Assembly (NCBI GenBank): GCA_964522265.1
Contig: CAZFVS010000001.1
Location: 1 to 32,000, forward strand
Length of the DNA: 32,000 nucleotides
Direction of reading: 5' to 3'
Source of the DNA: an uncultured Gammaproteobacteria bacterium
GTDB taxonomy: Bacteria; Patescibacteriota; Microgenomatia; Daviesbacterales; UBA10151
Shown: in pieces, positions 24,726 to 32,000 of the stretch
How the letters are laid out: every line of letters begins with the position of its first letter
Numbering within the stretch: position 1 is the first letter of the stretch
Program-made: the position numbers and the translations under genes
Notes under the pieces: generated by a model
What the model was told of the DNA's origin: nothing
The model's database searches: none
What the model saw: only the letters and a program-made list of their open reading frames with translations

Positions 24726-26300
24726 ATGCTGAATTTTTTTAAAAATCCAATATTCATATTAATATTAGTTGGGATATTTATTGGAGTATCTTTATTAGGA
24801 CATTTAAATTTAGGTACACCATCTATAGATTCGGCTACTTTTTTATATATAGCTAAAGAAATCACAAAAGGGAAAATTCCATACAAAGATATTTTTGATC
24901 ATAAGGTACCTCTTGTGTATTTTATTGATGTTGCGGGGTTGTTAATTAGCAAGCATTCTTTATTTGGAGTTTGGATGTTGGAATTCATATCACTTTTTGT
25001 TTCAGTAATCCTGAGTTTTTATTTGGTTAAAAAAATTTTTGGTCCCTTTCCAGCTTTTTTATCAACCCTCGCTTGGCTGAATATTTTCTTTAAATTATTA
25101 AATGGAGGCAATTTAACTGAAGAATATGCAATACCCTTTCAATTTGGGGGAATTTATCTTTTTTGGTTATCAGAAAATAAAGAGGATAAAAACAATAATA
25201 TAACCTGGATAGTATTTGGAATATTATCCGCCTTAGTATTTTTTTTAAAACAAAATCTAATAGGAATATTCTTTATAATATGTATTATAGAATTTATAAA
25301 GGGAGTAAGGAATAAAAAATGGAATCATTTAATAAAACTTTTCAGGAATTTTTTTATTGGAAATCTATTAGTGTTTCTTCCGTTTATGCTTTATTTTATA
25401 GTTAACGATGCTTTGAGCGATTTTTCCAACTTTGCTTTTAGGTATAATCTTTATTATTCAGGAAAAGCTTTTTCAAATTTTTTCAATGTTGTATTCAGCG
25501 GGCTCCAATTAATGTTATTTTCACCCCTTGGTTTTTTGGGACTTTTGGGGTGGTTTGATGTAGTAGTTGTTCTGCTGTATGGCTTTTATAGAAAAGAACT
25601 TAAAGACAAAAAAAGTATTTTATTTTTTTTACTTCTTCTTTTACCGATAGAGTATTTGTTAGTAAGTACAAGCGGGAAAATCTATACACATTATTATATA
25701 GTTTGGATTCCTGCAATGACTTTGCTTACGGGTTATATCATATATATGATACAGGCCTATTGGAAAAAAATGTGGTTTGGTCAAAAACAACATCGTGATG
25801 TAATACTTTTTTTAGTACTACCCGTCATAATATTATGGATTTTTTGGCAAAACTTGGTTTCGTTCTATCGTGGATTAGAATCCATACGTAATCTGCGCTA
25901 TCAAAAATTAGAAATATCTAATTTTATTGACCATAATACTTCTTCGGATGACTATATTTTTATTTGGGGGGTTGGATCCACTATAAACTTTGATTCAAAC
26001 AGACGATCACCCTCCAGGTTTATTTACCAAACACCGCTATATATAAAGGGTTTTCAGAATCCGTCGATGTACTACGAATTACTATATGATTTAATAAATA
26101 AAACCCCAGAGTATATTTTAGACGGAAATACTCAAAAAGATAAATTTAGACCAATTATTTGTAACAAACCATTTCGTATAGAAGATTACCACCCTGCTAT
26201 GATACCTCTTTCGGAAATAAAAATTGTTGAAAACTTTATTTGTAAAAATTATAAAATTATAGGTATAATTGATGGCTATAAAGTTTTAAAGAAGATATGA
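24726..26300 (+). CDS. Polytopic membrane protein, ArnT/PMT_2-like GT-C glycosyltransferase
   Basis: 524 aa and multi-TM. The first loop, PSIDSATFLYIAKEITKGKIPYKDIFDHKVPLVYFI, parallels the ArnT-type D...G..PY...KPPL pattern. The C-terminal roughly 130 aa are soluble. Confidence 0.5.
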   Translation: MLNFFKNPIFILILVGIFIGVSLLGHLNLGTPSIDSATFLYIAKEITKGKIPYKDIFDHKVPLVYFIDVAGLLISKHSLFGVWMLEFISLFVSVILSFYLVKKIFGPFPAFLSTLAWLNIFFKLLNGGNLTEEYAIPFQFGGIYLFWLSENKEDKNNNITWIVFGILSALVFFLKQNLIGIFFIICIIEFIKGVRNKKWNHLIKLFRNFFIGNLLVFLPFMLYFIVNDALSDFSNFAFRYNLYYSGKAFSNFFNVVFSGLQLMLFSPLGFLGLLGWFDVVVVLLYGFYRKELKDKKSILFFLLLLLPIEYLLVSTSGKIYTHYYIVWIPAMTLLTGYIIYMIQAYWKKMWFGQKQHRDVILFLVLPVIILWIFWQNLVSFYRGLESIRNLRYQKLEISNFIDHNTSSDDYIFIWGVGSTINFDSNRRSPSRFIYQTPLYIKGFQNPSMYYELLYDLINKTPEYILDGNTQKDKFRPIICNKPFRIEDYHPAMIPLSEIKIVENFICKNYKIIGIIDGYKVLKKI

Positions 26301-27349
26301 CTGTTTGTTATTTTGGATCCTACGAACCGCAATACCCAAGGAATGTAATTACCATGAAGGGATTTAAAGCGTTAGGTTGGGATATTATTGAATGCAACGA
26401 TCGCACGGGTGGTATCAAGCATTATTTAGGACTAATAAATCAGTTTGTCAAAGGTTGTAGAAAATCAAACTTGATATTTATAGGCGTTTTAGGACATTAT
26501 GATGTTCCTTTGGCATGGATTATGGCTAAGGCATTCAAAAAAAAAATCATATTTGATGCTTTTTATTCTGTTTATGATACTTACGTTGAGGATAGAAAAG
26601 CATATAAAAAATGGAGTTTGAATGCCCTAAGGTTTTATTTTTACGATTGGATCTCGGTTAGACTGGCAGATAAAGTAATACTGGATACCAATGAACAAAT
26701 AGAATATTTTATTAAAGAATTTCACTTATCTGGTAAAAAATTCTTTGAACTACCAGTTTGTGCAGATGACCAGATTTTTAAAAAGGGAAGCATTAAAAAA
26801 CATACCGTACCCACTATTGGTTTCTACGGCAGTTTTCTTCCTCTGCATGGAGTTAGTGTAATAGTTGAAGTAATGAACATACTTAGAAAAGACTCATTTC
26901 GGTGTTATTTATTAGGTTCAGGTCCAGGGTTAAAGGTTATTAAGAAAGAGGTCACCAATAGGAGATTAAAAGGTAAGATAAAATTTTATAAAAACTTACC
27001 TTATTCAGATCTTCCGAAATTCTTTACAATGATTGATTTGTTTTTAGCAGGACCTTTTGGTAACACAAATAAAGCACAAAGGATATTGCTTGCAAAAACA
27101 GTTGAGGCCCTATCTTTTGGGATTCCTACTGTAATAACAAAAACTCCGGCTTGTAAAAGGCTTATCGGTAAATATAAAAATAATGTTATTTGGGTTGAAA
27201 ATAACAAACCAGATACTTTAACGAAAATAATTAAAGATTTCTTCAAGACATTTGATCAAAAAAATGCTCAATTTAAACAATCTAAAGATGACTTTCCGTT
27301 AAGTTTTTTGAATTTTACTAAAAAAATGAACGAAATTATCACTTATTAA
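26297..27349 (+). CDS. GT-B-fold glycosyltransferase-like protein (divergent GT4-like)
   Basis: 350 aa. The N-terminal VCYFGSYEPQYPRN pattern and the central IGFYGSFLPLHGVSVIVE...LLGSGPG resemble a GT4 subgroup. There is no clear E-x7-E. Confidence 0.45.
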   Translation: MTVCYFGSYEPQYPRNVITMKGFKALGWDIIECNDRTGGIKHYLGLINQFVKGCRKSNLIFIGVLGHYDVPLAWIMAKAFKKKIIFDAFYSVYDTYVEDRKAYKKWSLNALRFYFYDWISVRLADKVILDTNEQIEYFIKEFHLSGKKFFELPVCADDQIFKKGSIKKHTVPTIGFYGSFLPLHGVSVIVEVMNILRKDSFRCYLLGSGPGLKVIKKEVTNRRLKGKIKFYKNLPYSDLPKFFTMIDLFLAGPFGNTNKAQRILLAKTVEALSFGIPTVITKTPACKRLIGKYKNNVIWVENNKPDTLTKIIKDFFKTFDQKNAQFKQSKDDFPLSFLNFTKKMNEIITY

Positions 27350-27350
27350 T

Positions 27351-28343
27351 ATGCAACAACTTTTATATTTAGTTCCATCAGCATCTTCGTATAAAAAAGC
27401 GATAGGAAATGCCTTTCTTCAACTTGGTTGGAAAGTTAAATATTTTGATTACAGAAAAGGTGACTTTCCCATTAGAGTCTATAGATTTCTACCTTTAATC
27501 GGCGGTTTTGAGAAAGCCAAGACAGTTTTAGAGAATAGGATTATAGAAATAAACAAAGAATTAAAACCCGATTTAATTCTTACTGCAAAAGGAGAACTAT
27601 TAACGGAAAGAGTGATGAAAACTATAAAAAAATCCTGGAATATAACAGCTAATATATTTCCTGACTATTTAAACCACTGGGAGCTAATAAAAAAAATTTC
27701 TGCTTATTATGATTTCTTCTTTACTTTTGATAATGCCATAATAAAAAAATTAAAGAGAATTGGAAGGAAGAATGTATATTATATGCCGCAAGCAACCCAA
27801 CCAGAGAAGAATATAAAAAAAGGAAAAAAATATGATGTTTCATTTGTCGGAACATATAATAAATGGCGGGAAAATTATTTCACTGGATTGAGAAGTCTTG
27901 ATTTTAATATTTGGGGGGATAAAAGATGGTTTAATTCCTCACTGAAAAAATATGTAAGGGGTGGAAGGATACCACTAAAAAGAATGAAGGAAATTATTAA
28001 AAAAAGTAGAATCAATATAAATGTTTTTTTTGATGATGAGACTCCAATGGAAGGAGTGAGTATTAGGCCGTATGAAATTACCGGCTCAGGAGGATTTTTG
28101 TTGACTCAATATGTTAAGGATTATGATAATGTTTTTTTAAATAAAAAAGAAATAGTTTATTTTAAAACTCCGGCGGAAATGAAAAGATATATTGAATTTT
28201 ATCTCAAGAAAGATGATTTAAGAAACAAAATAGCTGAAAGAGGCTATGTAAGAACTTTAAAAGATCATACTTATGAAATTCGTATGAAACAAATGCTTAT
28301 AATTATAAATAAAGCCCGGAAAAAAGGATCATTTGATATCTGA
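27351..28343 (+). CDS. CgeB-like glycosyltransferase (DUF3880 plus Glyco_trans_1_2-type C-terminus)
   Basis: 330 aa. INVFFDD....GVSIRPYEITGSGGFLLTQY...EIVYFKTPAEMKRYIEFYLKKDDLRNKIAERGYVRTLKDHTYEIRMKQM matches the CgeB-family pattern as I recall it (R-x-FE-x-x-G-x-G...HTY..R). Confidence 0.6.
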   Translation: MQQLLYLVPSASSYKKAIGNAFLQLGWKVKYFDYRKGDFPIRVYRFLPLIGGFEKAKTVLENRIIEINKELKPDLILTAKGELLTERVMKTIKKSWNITANIFPDYLNHWELIKKISAYYDFFFTFDNAIIKKLKRIGRKNVYYMPQATQPEKNIKKGKKYDVSFVGTYNKWRENYFTGLRSLDFNIWGDKRWFNSSLKKYVRGGRIPLKRMKEIIKKSRININVFFDDETPMEGVSIRPYEITGSGGFLLTQYVKDYDNVFLNKKEIVYFKTPAEMKRYIEFYLKKDDLRNKIAERGYVRTLKDHTYEIRMKQMLIIINKARKKGSFDI

Positions 28344-29678
28344 AATAATAACCCTGATAGTTTCATATAATCGATCTTTGTAAAGTTTATTATCAAAATA
28401 CAAATATCTTCTTATGGCAACAGATAAAATATGTTTATAAGTACGATTAACAGCAGATTCATTTTTAAATTTTACTGTCAATATTCTAAAATGATTTTTT
28501 AACCCCTTAAGATTATAGGCAAAAAACCATCCCGGGATAGTCACTGCTCCCTCAAAGTGTTTCCATTTGGATTGTAAACTTGCAGGGATTGGATTATATT
28601 TATCGGGGTGTGCCAAAACTAAAGTTGATACATCAAAGATAGCTGCCTCTAAAATTAATGAGGACAAGGGTGATATGACAAACAAAGCATTATTTAACAA
28701 GTGTGGATAGTAATTAAGTTCAGGAAAATTTTGTGCCGCCCCTGATTCCATCCCCTTCTCTTTATCCCTGTAATAGTCATCAGCAACCTGAGGGTCAATA
28801 ATGATATGTTTAAAATCTTTTTCTTGAAATAGATCCCTCCCTTTTCTGGAAGCCCTCATTGGATGGGGTCTGTAAACAATTTTGATGTCCTTTATTTTCA
28901 TATCCTCTAAAATCTGATCACAGATTTTAAGCGGGGTTATCTCGTCTGCGGCAGTTGTAGAACCTGCAAAAAGGATATATTTAAAAGGGAATAAAAATTT
29001 GTCCCCCGCTCTTTTTTTGAAATAATTTTCATAACGGGAGCATCCAATTAAAAAACATTGATGCGATTGCATACCCTGAATGTTTACGGCGTCCACTAGA
29101 GCTTGAGGCCCCCACACACCCAAATAATCTGGTTTGAGTAATAATACTCCCTTGCTGGAAAGATTATCCCACCCGTTTGTTAAAAAGAAAGTTTTAAATT
29201 TATATTTTTCAGATAACAATTTAAGCTCTATTCCGGTTGCTTCATATCCGGATGTTGGGAATAAAACCAAATTCGGCTGAAAATCCTTAATATTTTTTTC
29301 CAAGCTTTTATTGACTACAAATTTCTTGAGTAATATCTTTTGAGCAAAGTTATAAAAAAAAGGCAAAGCAAATAAATTGAATATTAAAGAGTCCTTGAAA
29401 TTAGCATCATATTTTTTTGTTTTAATATCAAATGTAGAGGATTTTTTTTTGAAATGCCGCATTGAAATTTGATTAAAAACTTTAACCCGGTTTTTATTTT
29501 CTTCCAAGCGGATATAGTCAACGACCTTAAAGGATTTTGGGATAAATTTCCGGAGTTTGACAACCGCATCAGAAAGAGCAAAAGCAGTCTGAAAGTTATT
29601 ATTTATTTTGTCTAAGGATCCGGATAAAATAAAATTTCTAAAATAGAGATCATTGTCTATACATACTAAAATTTTCAT
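28329..29678 (-). CDS. Uncharacterised protein, alternating alpha/beta (Rossmann-like) pattern; possible GT-B-type sugar-processing enzyme
   Basis: Start is placed at ATG 29678 (MKILVCIDNDLYF...). The promoter predicted at 29698-29726 excludes the longer ORF-track start at 29726. 449 aa. Motifs seen are LTNGWDNLSSKG, LGVWGPQ, LIGCSRYENYF, ILFAGSTT and VYRPHP. I cannot name a family. The coding call is solid; the function is a guess. Confidence 0.5.
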   Translation of the reverse strand: MKILVCIDNDLYFRNFILSGSLDKINNNFQTAFALSDAVVKLRKFIPKSFKVVDYIRLEENKNRVKVFNQISMRHFKKKSSTFDIKTKKYDANFKDSLIFNLFALPFFYNFAQKILLKKFVVNKSLEKNIKDFQPNLVLFPTSGYEATGIELKLLSEKYKFKTFFLTNGWDNLSSKGVLLLKPDYLGVWGPQALVDAVNIQGMQSHQCFLIGCSRYENYFKKRAGDKFLFPFKYILFAGSTTAADEITPLKICDQILEDMKIKDIKIVYRPHPMRASRKGRDLFQEKDFKHIIIDPQVADDYYRDKEKGMESGAAQNFPELNYYPHLLNNALFVISPLSSLILEAAIFDVSTLVLAHPDKYNPIPASLQSKWKHFEGAVTIPGWFFAYNLKGLKNHFRILTVKFKNESAVNRTYKHILSVAIRRYLYFDNKLYKDRLYETIRVIISDIK

Positions 29679-29697
29679 ATTTGCTTCAATTTGCATA

Positions 29698-29726
29698 AAT
29701 ATAACAGATAGACTTCTACTTGACAA
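29698..29726 (-). promoter_or_regulatory. Sigma70-type promoter for the minus-strand gene: TTGTCA-N17-TATATT with extended -10 (TGT)
   Basis: On the minus strand the -35 TTGTCA is the complement of 29721-29726. The spacer is 17 nt, with TGT at the complement of 29704-29706. The -10 TATATT is the complement of 29698-29703. ATG 29678 lies about 20 nt downstream. Confidence 0.6.
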
Positions 29727-29748
29727 ACAATAATGTGATTGTTAAAAT
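29720..29748 (+). promoter_or_regulatory. Sigma70-type promoter for the plus-strand gene: TTGACA-N17-TAAAAT with extended -10 (TGT)
   Basis: TTGACA is at 29720-29725, the spacer is 17 nt, TGT is at 29740-29742 and TAAAAT is at 29743-29748. The ORF-track TTG start at 29739 lies inside this promoter, so ATG 29769 is the likelier start. Confidence 0.65.
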
Positions 29749-29768
29749 CCCCCAAGAGTTACGACAAA

Positions 29769-31064
29769 ATGCTTACAGAACTACAAAGAGAATACGTCGA
29801 TAAAATACATATACCAAGTCTTGAAAAAGCACAAATAGACTTATTTTTACCAATAAATGTATATGACGATCTATTAAAATTTGAATACCCTAAGTATATT
29901 TTCCCACGTTATAGAGGTCGCAATTTAAGGATTCTTTGGATTTTAAGGGATGCAGGTGGATTTAGCGCAGGTTTACCTGTTATGAATTTATTAAAAGATG
30001 AAGCGGTAGATCTATATATAGTTGCTGATAATCCTGCGAAGAGAGAACTGGAAAGTAAAATTGACAGTATAGGTTTGATGAAAACCGAGGAATGTTCGGT
30101 TGGTGGTAGGATGGTTCAGTTTTTACCAGATGGTGTAGTAACTGGGCATTCGGCCAAGTTTGACCTGGAACAAGTATTTACAGCTGTAGCAAAAGATACA
30201 GGGGCAAAGTCAGTTCTTTATGAAGATATGTCACCTTTTGCAGCATTTTACAGAAGAATTGCCGCTAGGGAAGGATGGCTTGTTGTCCCGGATCATTTTT
30301 TTGCAGGAAGTGAAAGTTCGGCAAAAATAAGTGCACAGTTTGTACCGCAGTTTGCAAATAGAACATCTGTCGTTGGAAACCCTGCTTTTGATAAATTTGT
30401 AAGTGAAAATTTTGATAGTACTTATAAACGCGTAAGACAAGAATTGGGTATAGAGGATGATGAAAAGTTAATTGTTTACATGGCGACAAAAACAAGGGCA
30501 ACGTTTTTAACATTTAGGGATTTAGTTAATTACGGTGCCAACAAATTAAACGGAGAAAAATATAAATTATCTGTAAGAGTTCATCCCCAAGAGCAAAAAG
30601 ACCCGCAAATAAAAGAAGATTATGCAACAGTTTTGGCTAAAGTAGGGGACCATGCTGTAAATACCATGCTTCCAAATGATGAAGGTAAGATGCGTTACTC
30701 AACTGATGAGATAAGGTTGGCAGCAGATATTGTGGTGACTGACACATCAACTGCAGGTTTTGAGGCAATTTTGGATAAAGGCAGAAGGTTGGTTATCCAT
30801 GCTCTCATCCCTGATAATATGCAAGTAAGGGATGAGTGGAAGGATGAGTTTCCACCTGAACCGGCAGTAATTGCAGATGGTTCAAGCGCTGTAGTAAGAG
30901 GAAAGAAAGAGTTTGAGGGAGTACTTAAAAGTTTGTTTAATGATGCTGAAACTCAAACTAAAATGTTAGAAGCATCACAGATTTGGAAAAATATGAATGA
31001 TGGGCAATCAGCCCAAAGGTTTAGAGATAGGTTAATGGAGATAGTGCAAAAAATTATTTTATAA
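29769..31064 (+). CDS. Uncharacterised protein, GT-B/epimerase_2-like pattern; visibly higher GC and different amino-acid composition from the glycosylation operon
   Basis: 431 aa from ATG 29769 (MLTELQREYV...). VVGNPAFDKF, LIVYMATK, RVHP and VVTDTSTAGFEAIL resemble the C-terminal half of MurG/UDP-GlcNAc-2-epimerase-type GT-B proteins. No family was confirmed. Confidence 0.5.
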   Translation: MLTELQREYVDKIHIPSLEKAQIDLFLPINVYDDLLKFEYPKYIFPRYRGRNLRILWILRDAGGFSAGLPVMNLLKDEAVDLYIVADNPAKRELESKIDSIGLMKTEECSVGGRMVQFLPDGVVTGHSAKFDLEQVFTAVAKDTGAKSVLYEDMSPFAAFYRRIAAREGWLVVPDHFFAGSESSAKISAQFVPQFANRTSVVGNPAFDKFVSENFDSTYKRVRQELGIEDDEKLIVYMATKTRATFLTFRDLVNYGANKLNGEKYKLSVRVHPQEQKDPQIKEDYATVLAKVGDHAVNTMLPNDEGKMRYSTDEIRLAADIVVTDTSTAGFEAILDKGRRLVIHALIPDNMQVRDEWKDEFPPEPAVIADGSSAVVRGKKEFEGVLKSLFNDAETQTKMLEASQIWKNMNDGQSAQRFRDRLMEIVQKIIL

Positions 31065-31083
31065 ATTTAGACGGTTTTGATAA

Positions 31084-32000
31084 TTAACGAAACAGGTTTC
31101 TAATTTTTTTAGCTAAACTTTCTGCATCCAGACCGTGGTATTTTAAAACTTCCTGGTTTGTTCCACAAGCCGGGATTATTTCTACTCCAAAAGATACAAC
31201 CTGCGGTTTTTTGTCAAATTCTCTAGTAATTGTTGCAGCAATCATCGTCCCCTGGCCAAAACCAGTGTAGTGGTCGTCAAGGGTAAAAACTGTTTTGTAA
31301 GGATTCAGAATCCTTTTTAACCATGTCGAATCCACTCTGTTAAGCCATGGGAGGTTAATGACTGCCAAACCGACCTTCTCGTCTTTCAAAAGTTTTGAGG
31401 CAAGGTAAGCTTCTTTTAACATAACCGGGCCATATGAAATTATTGCTGCATCATCCCCCTCCAAAATTTTTACCCCTTTACCGTCAGTAAGTTCATATTT
31501 TTTAGACAGTTTGTATGGTAATTCAATAGGTATGCTGACCAGGCGAATATAACTTGATGAAGGATTTTGATAAACTGCCCAATTTATAGCCTGTCTTGTT
31601 TCAGACTCATTGCAAGGCTCCAGCATTATTAGCCCCGGATTATCAGCCAAAGCAGAAATATCTCTCACAGATTGGTGAGAATGCCCCGGTCCCCCAGGAA
31701 TGAGTCCTGCTAAAGACCCAACATAGATGATTTTGGTTCTCTCTGAAGAGTTATTATATATTTGGGCATTTGCATGTGTTGACAGGAAGCAGGCAAAAGA
31801 ATGGACAATTGGTAATCTACCCCTAAGTGCCAATCCTCCAGCCATGGAAACCATATCCTGTTCTGCTATTCCGCATTCGACATACCTTTCGGGGATTTGG
31901 GCCTTGAATGGTATGAGGCCTGTATCTAAGACTAAATCTGCATCCATAGCAACAATATCTTTTCTTCGTTTTGCAATTTTTACAAGTTCATCTGAATAGG
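31084..32000 (-). CDS. Transketolase C-terminal subunit (pyrimidine-binding plus C-terminal domains), 5' end outside the window
   Basis: Motifs are ECGIAEQDMVSMAGGLALRG..PIVHSFACFL, GGPGHSHQSVRDISALADNPGLIMLEP and the C-terminal GVEIIPACGTNQEVLKYHGLD. The frame stays open upstream of the ORF-track Met (31947) to the window edge (..YSDELVKIAKRRKDIVAMDADL), which matches the usual N-terminal region of this subunit. Confidence 0.8.
   Translation of the reverse strand, partial: YSDELVKIAKRRKDIVAMDADLVLDTGLIPFKAQIPERYVECGIAEQDMVSMAGGLALRGRLPIVHSFACFLSTHANAQIYNNSSERTKIIYVGSLAGLIPGGPGHSHQSVRDISALADNPGLIMLEPCNESETRQAINWAVYQNPSSSYIRLVSIPIELPYKLSKKYELTDGKGVKILEGDDAAIISYGPVMLKEAYLASKLLKDEKVGLAVINLPWLNRVDSTWLKRILNPYKTVFTLDDHYTGFGQGTMIAATITREFDKKPQVVSFGVEIIPACGTNQEVLKYHGLDAESLAKKIRNLFR

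Noticed and set aside
2086-31999. Remaining short ORF-track entries on the opposite strand of annotated genes: 2086-2289, 2286-2480, 5605-5787, 7949-8272, 13844-14050, 14871-15083, 16334-16555, 18726-19007, 19189-19371, 20585-20950, 22228-22440, 23322-23609, 24671-24886, 27001-27246, 29384-29581, 30231-30440, 30265-30513, 31727-31999
   Set aside because: All are fully embedded antisense to ORFs with clear family motifs. They are 60-121 aa, lack SD sites that I could see, and have junk-like composition. I treat them as shadow ORFs.
1-32000. Archaeal (DPANN-type) origin, considered because of the split transketolase and the PIG-V/PMT-like enzymes
   Set aside because: Near-consensus bacterial -35/-10 promoters at 29698-29748, AGGAGG-type SD sites and bacterial-type GmhA/GmhB/DUF2304 content fit a bacterium better. 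This cannot be proven without phylogenetic markers.

Overview
AT-rich bacterial window (roughly 30-35 % GC by eye, not computed). Gene style (short gaps, Shine-Dalgarno sites, sigma70-like promoters, split transketolase, many ArnT/PMT-like proteins) suggests a small-genome Patescibacteria/CPR-type organism, but that is inference only. Positions 234-28343 are one uninterrupted plus-strand array of 24 genes; the largest gap is 83 nt and ten junctions are ATGA start/stop overlaps. All 24 look devoted to glycan synthesis. They comprise a heptose-nucleotide module (gmhA, an interrupted gmhB, a sugar-1-P nucleotidyltransferase, an SDR epimerase), seven polytopic GT-C-like membrane proteins (three are tandem ArnT/PMT_2-like paralogs), three GT2 enzymes and nine GT-B/GT4-type domains. 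Two of the GT4 genes are fusions (GT4-GT4 and SDR-GT4). A polyprenyl-P-sugar synthase-like GT2 is paired with a DUF2304-like small membrane protein, and there is one SAM methyltransferase. I recognise no Wzx/Wzy, ABC exporter, initiating phosphoglycosyltransferase, tRNA, rRNA, CRISPR array or transposase. Downstream, a convergent gene (28329-29678, minus) and a divergent gene (29769-31064, plus) encode uncharacterised Rossmann-like proteins and share a compact bidirectional promoter. A partial transketolase C-terminal subunit gene runs off the right edge. Points worth a second look are listed here. gmhB has an in-frame TGA exactly at a conserved Gly codon. An A19 tract lies inside a GT4 gene. 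A perfect (ATTTTCA)4 repeat sits at the 5' end of a GT-C gene. One GT-C paralog carries a 75-nt GC-rich in-frame insertion with a hairpin. The SDR has a Cys/His-rich insertion. An 11-bp hairpin occludes an RBS and start codon. All family assignments come from motifs read by eye and recalled from memory; no searches were run.
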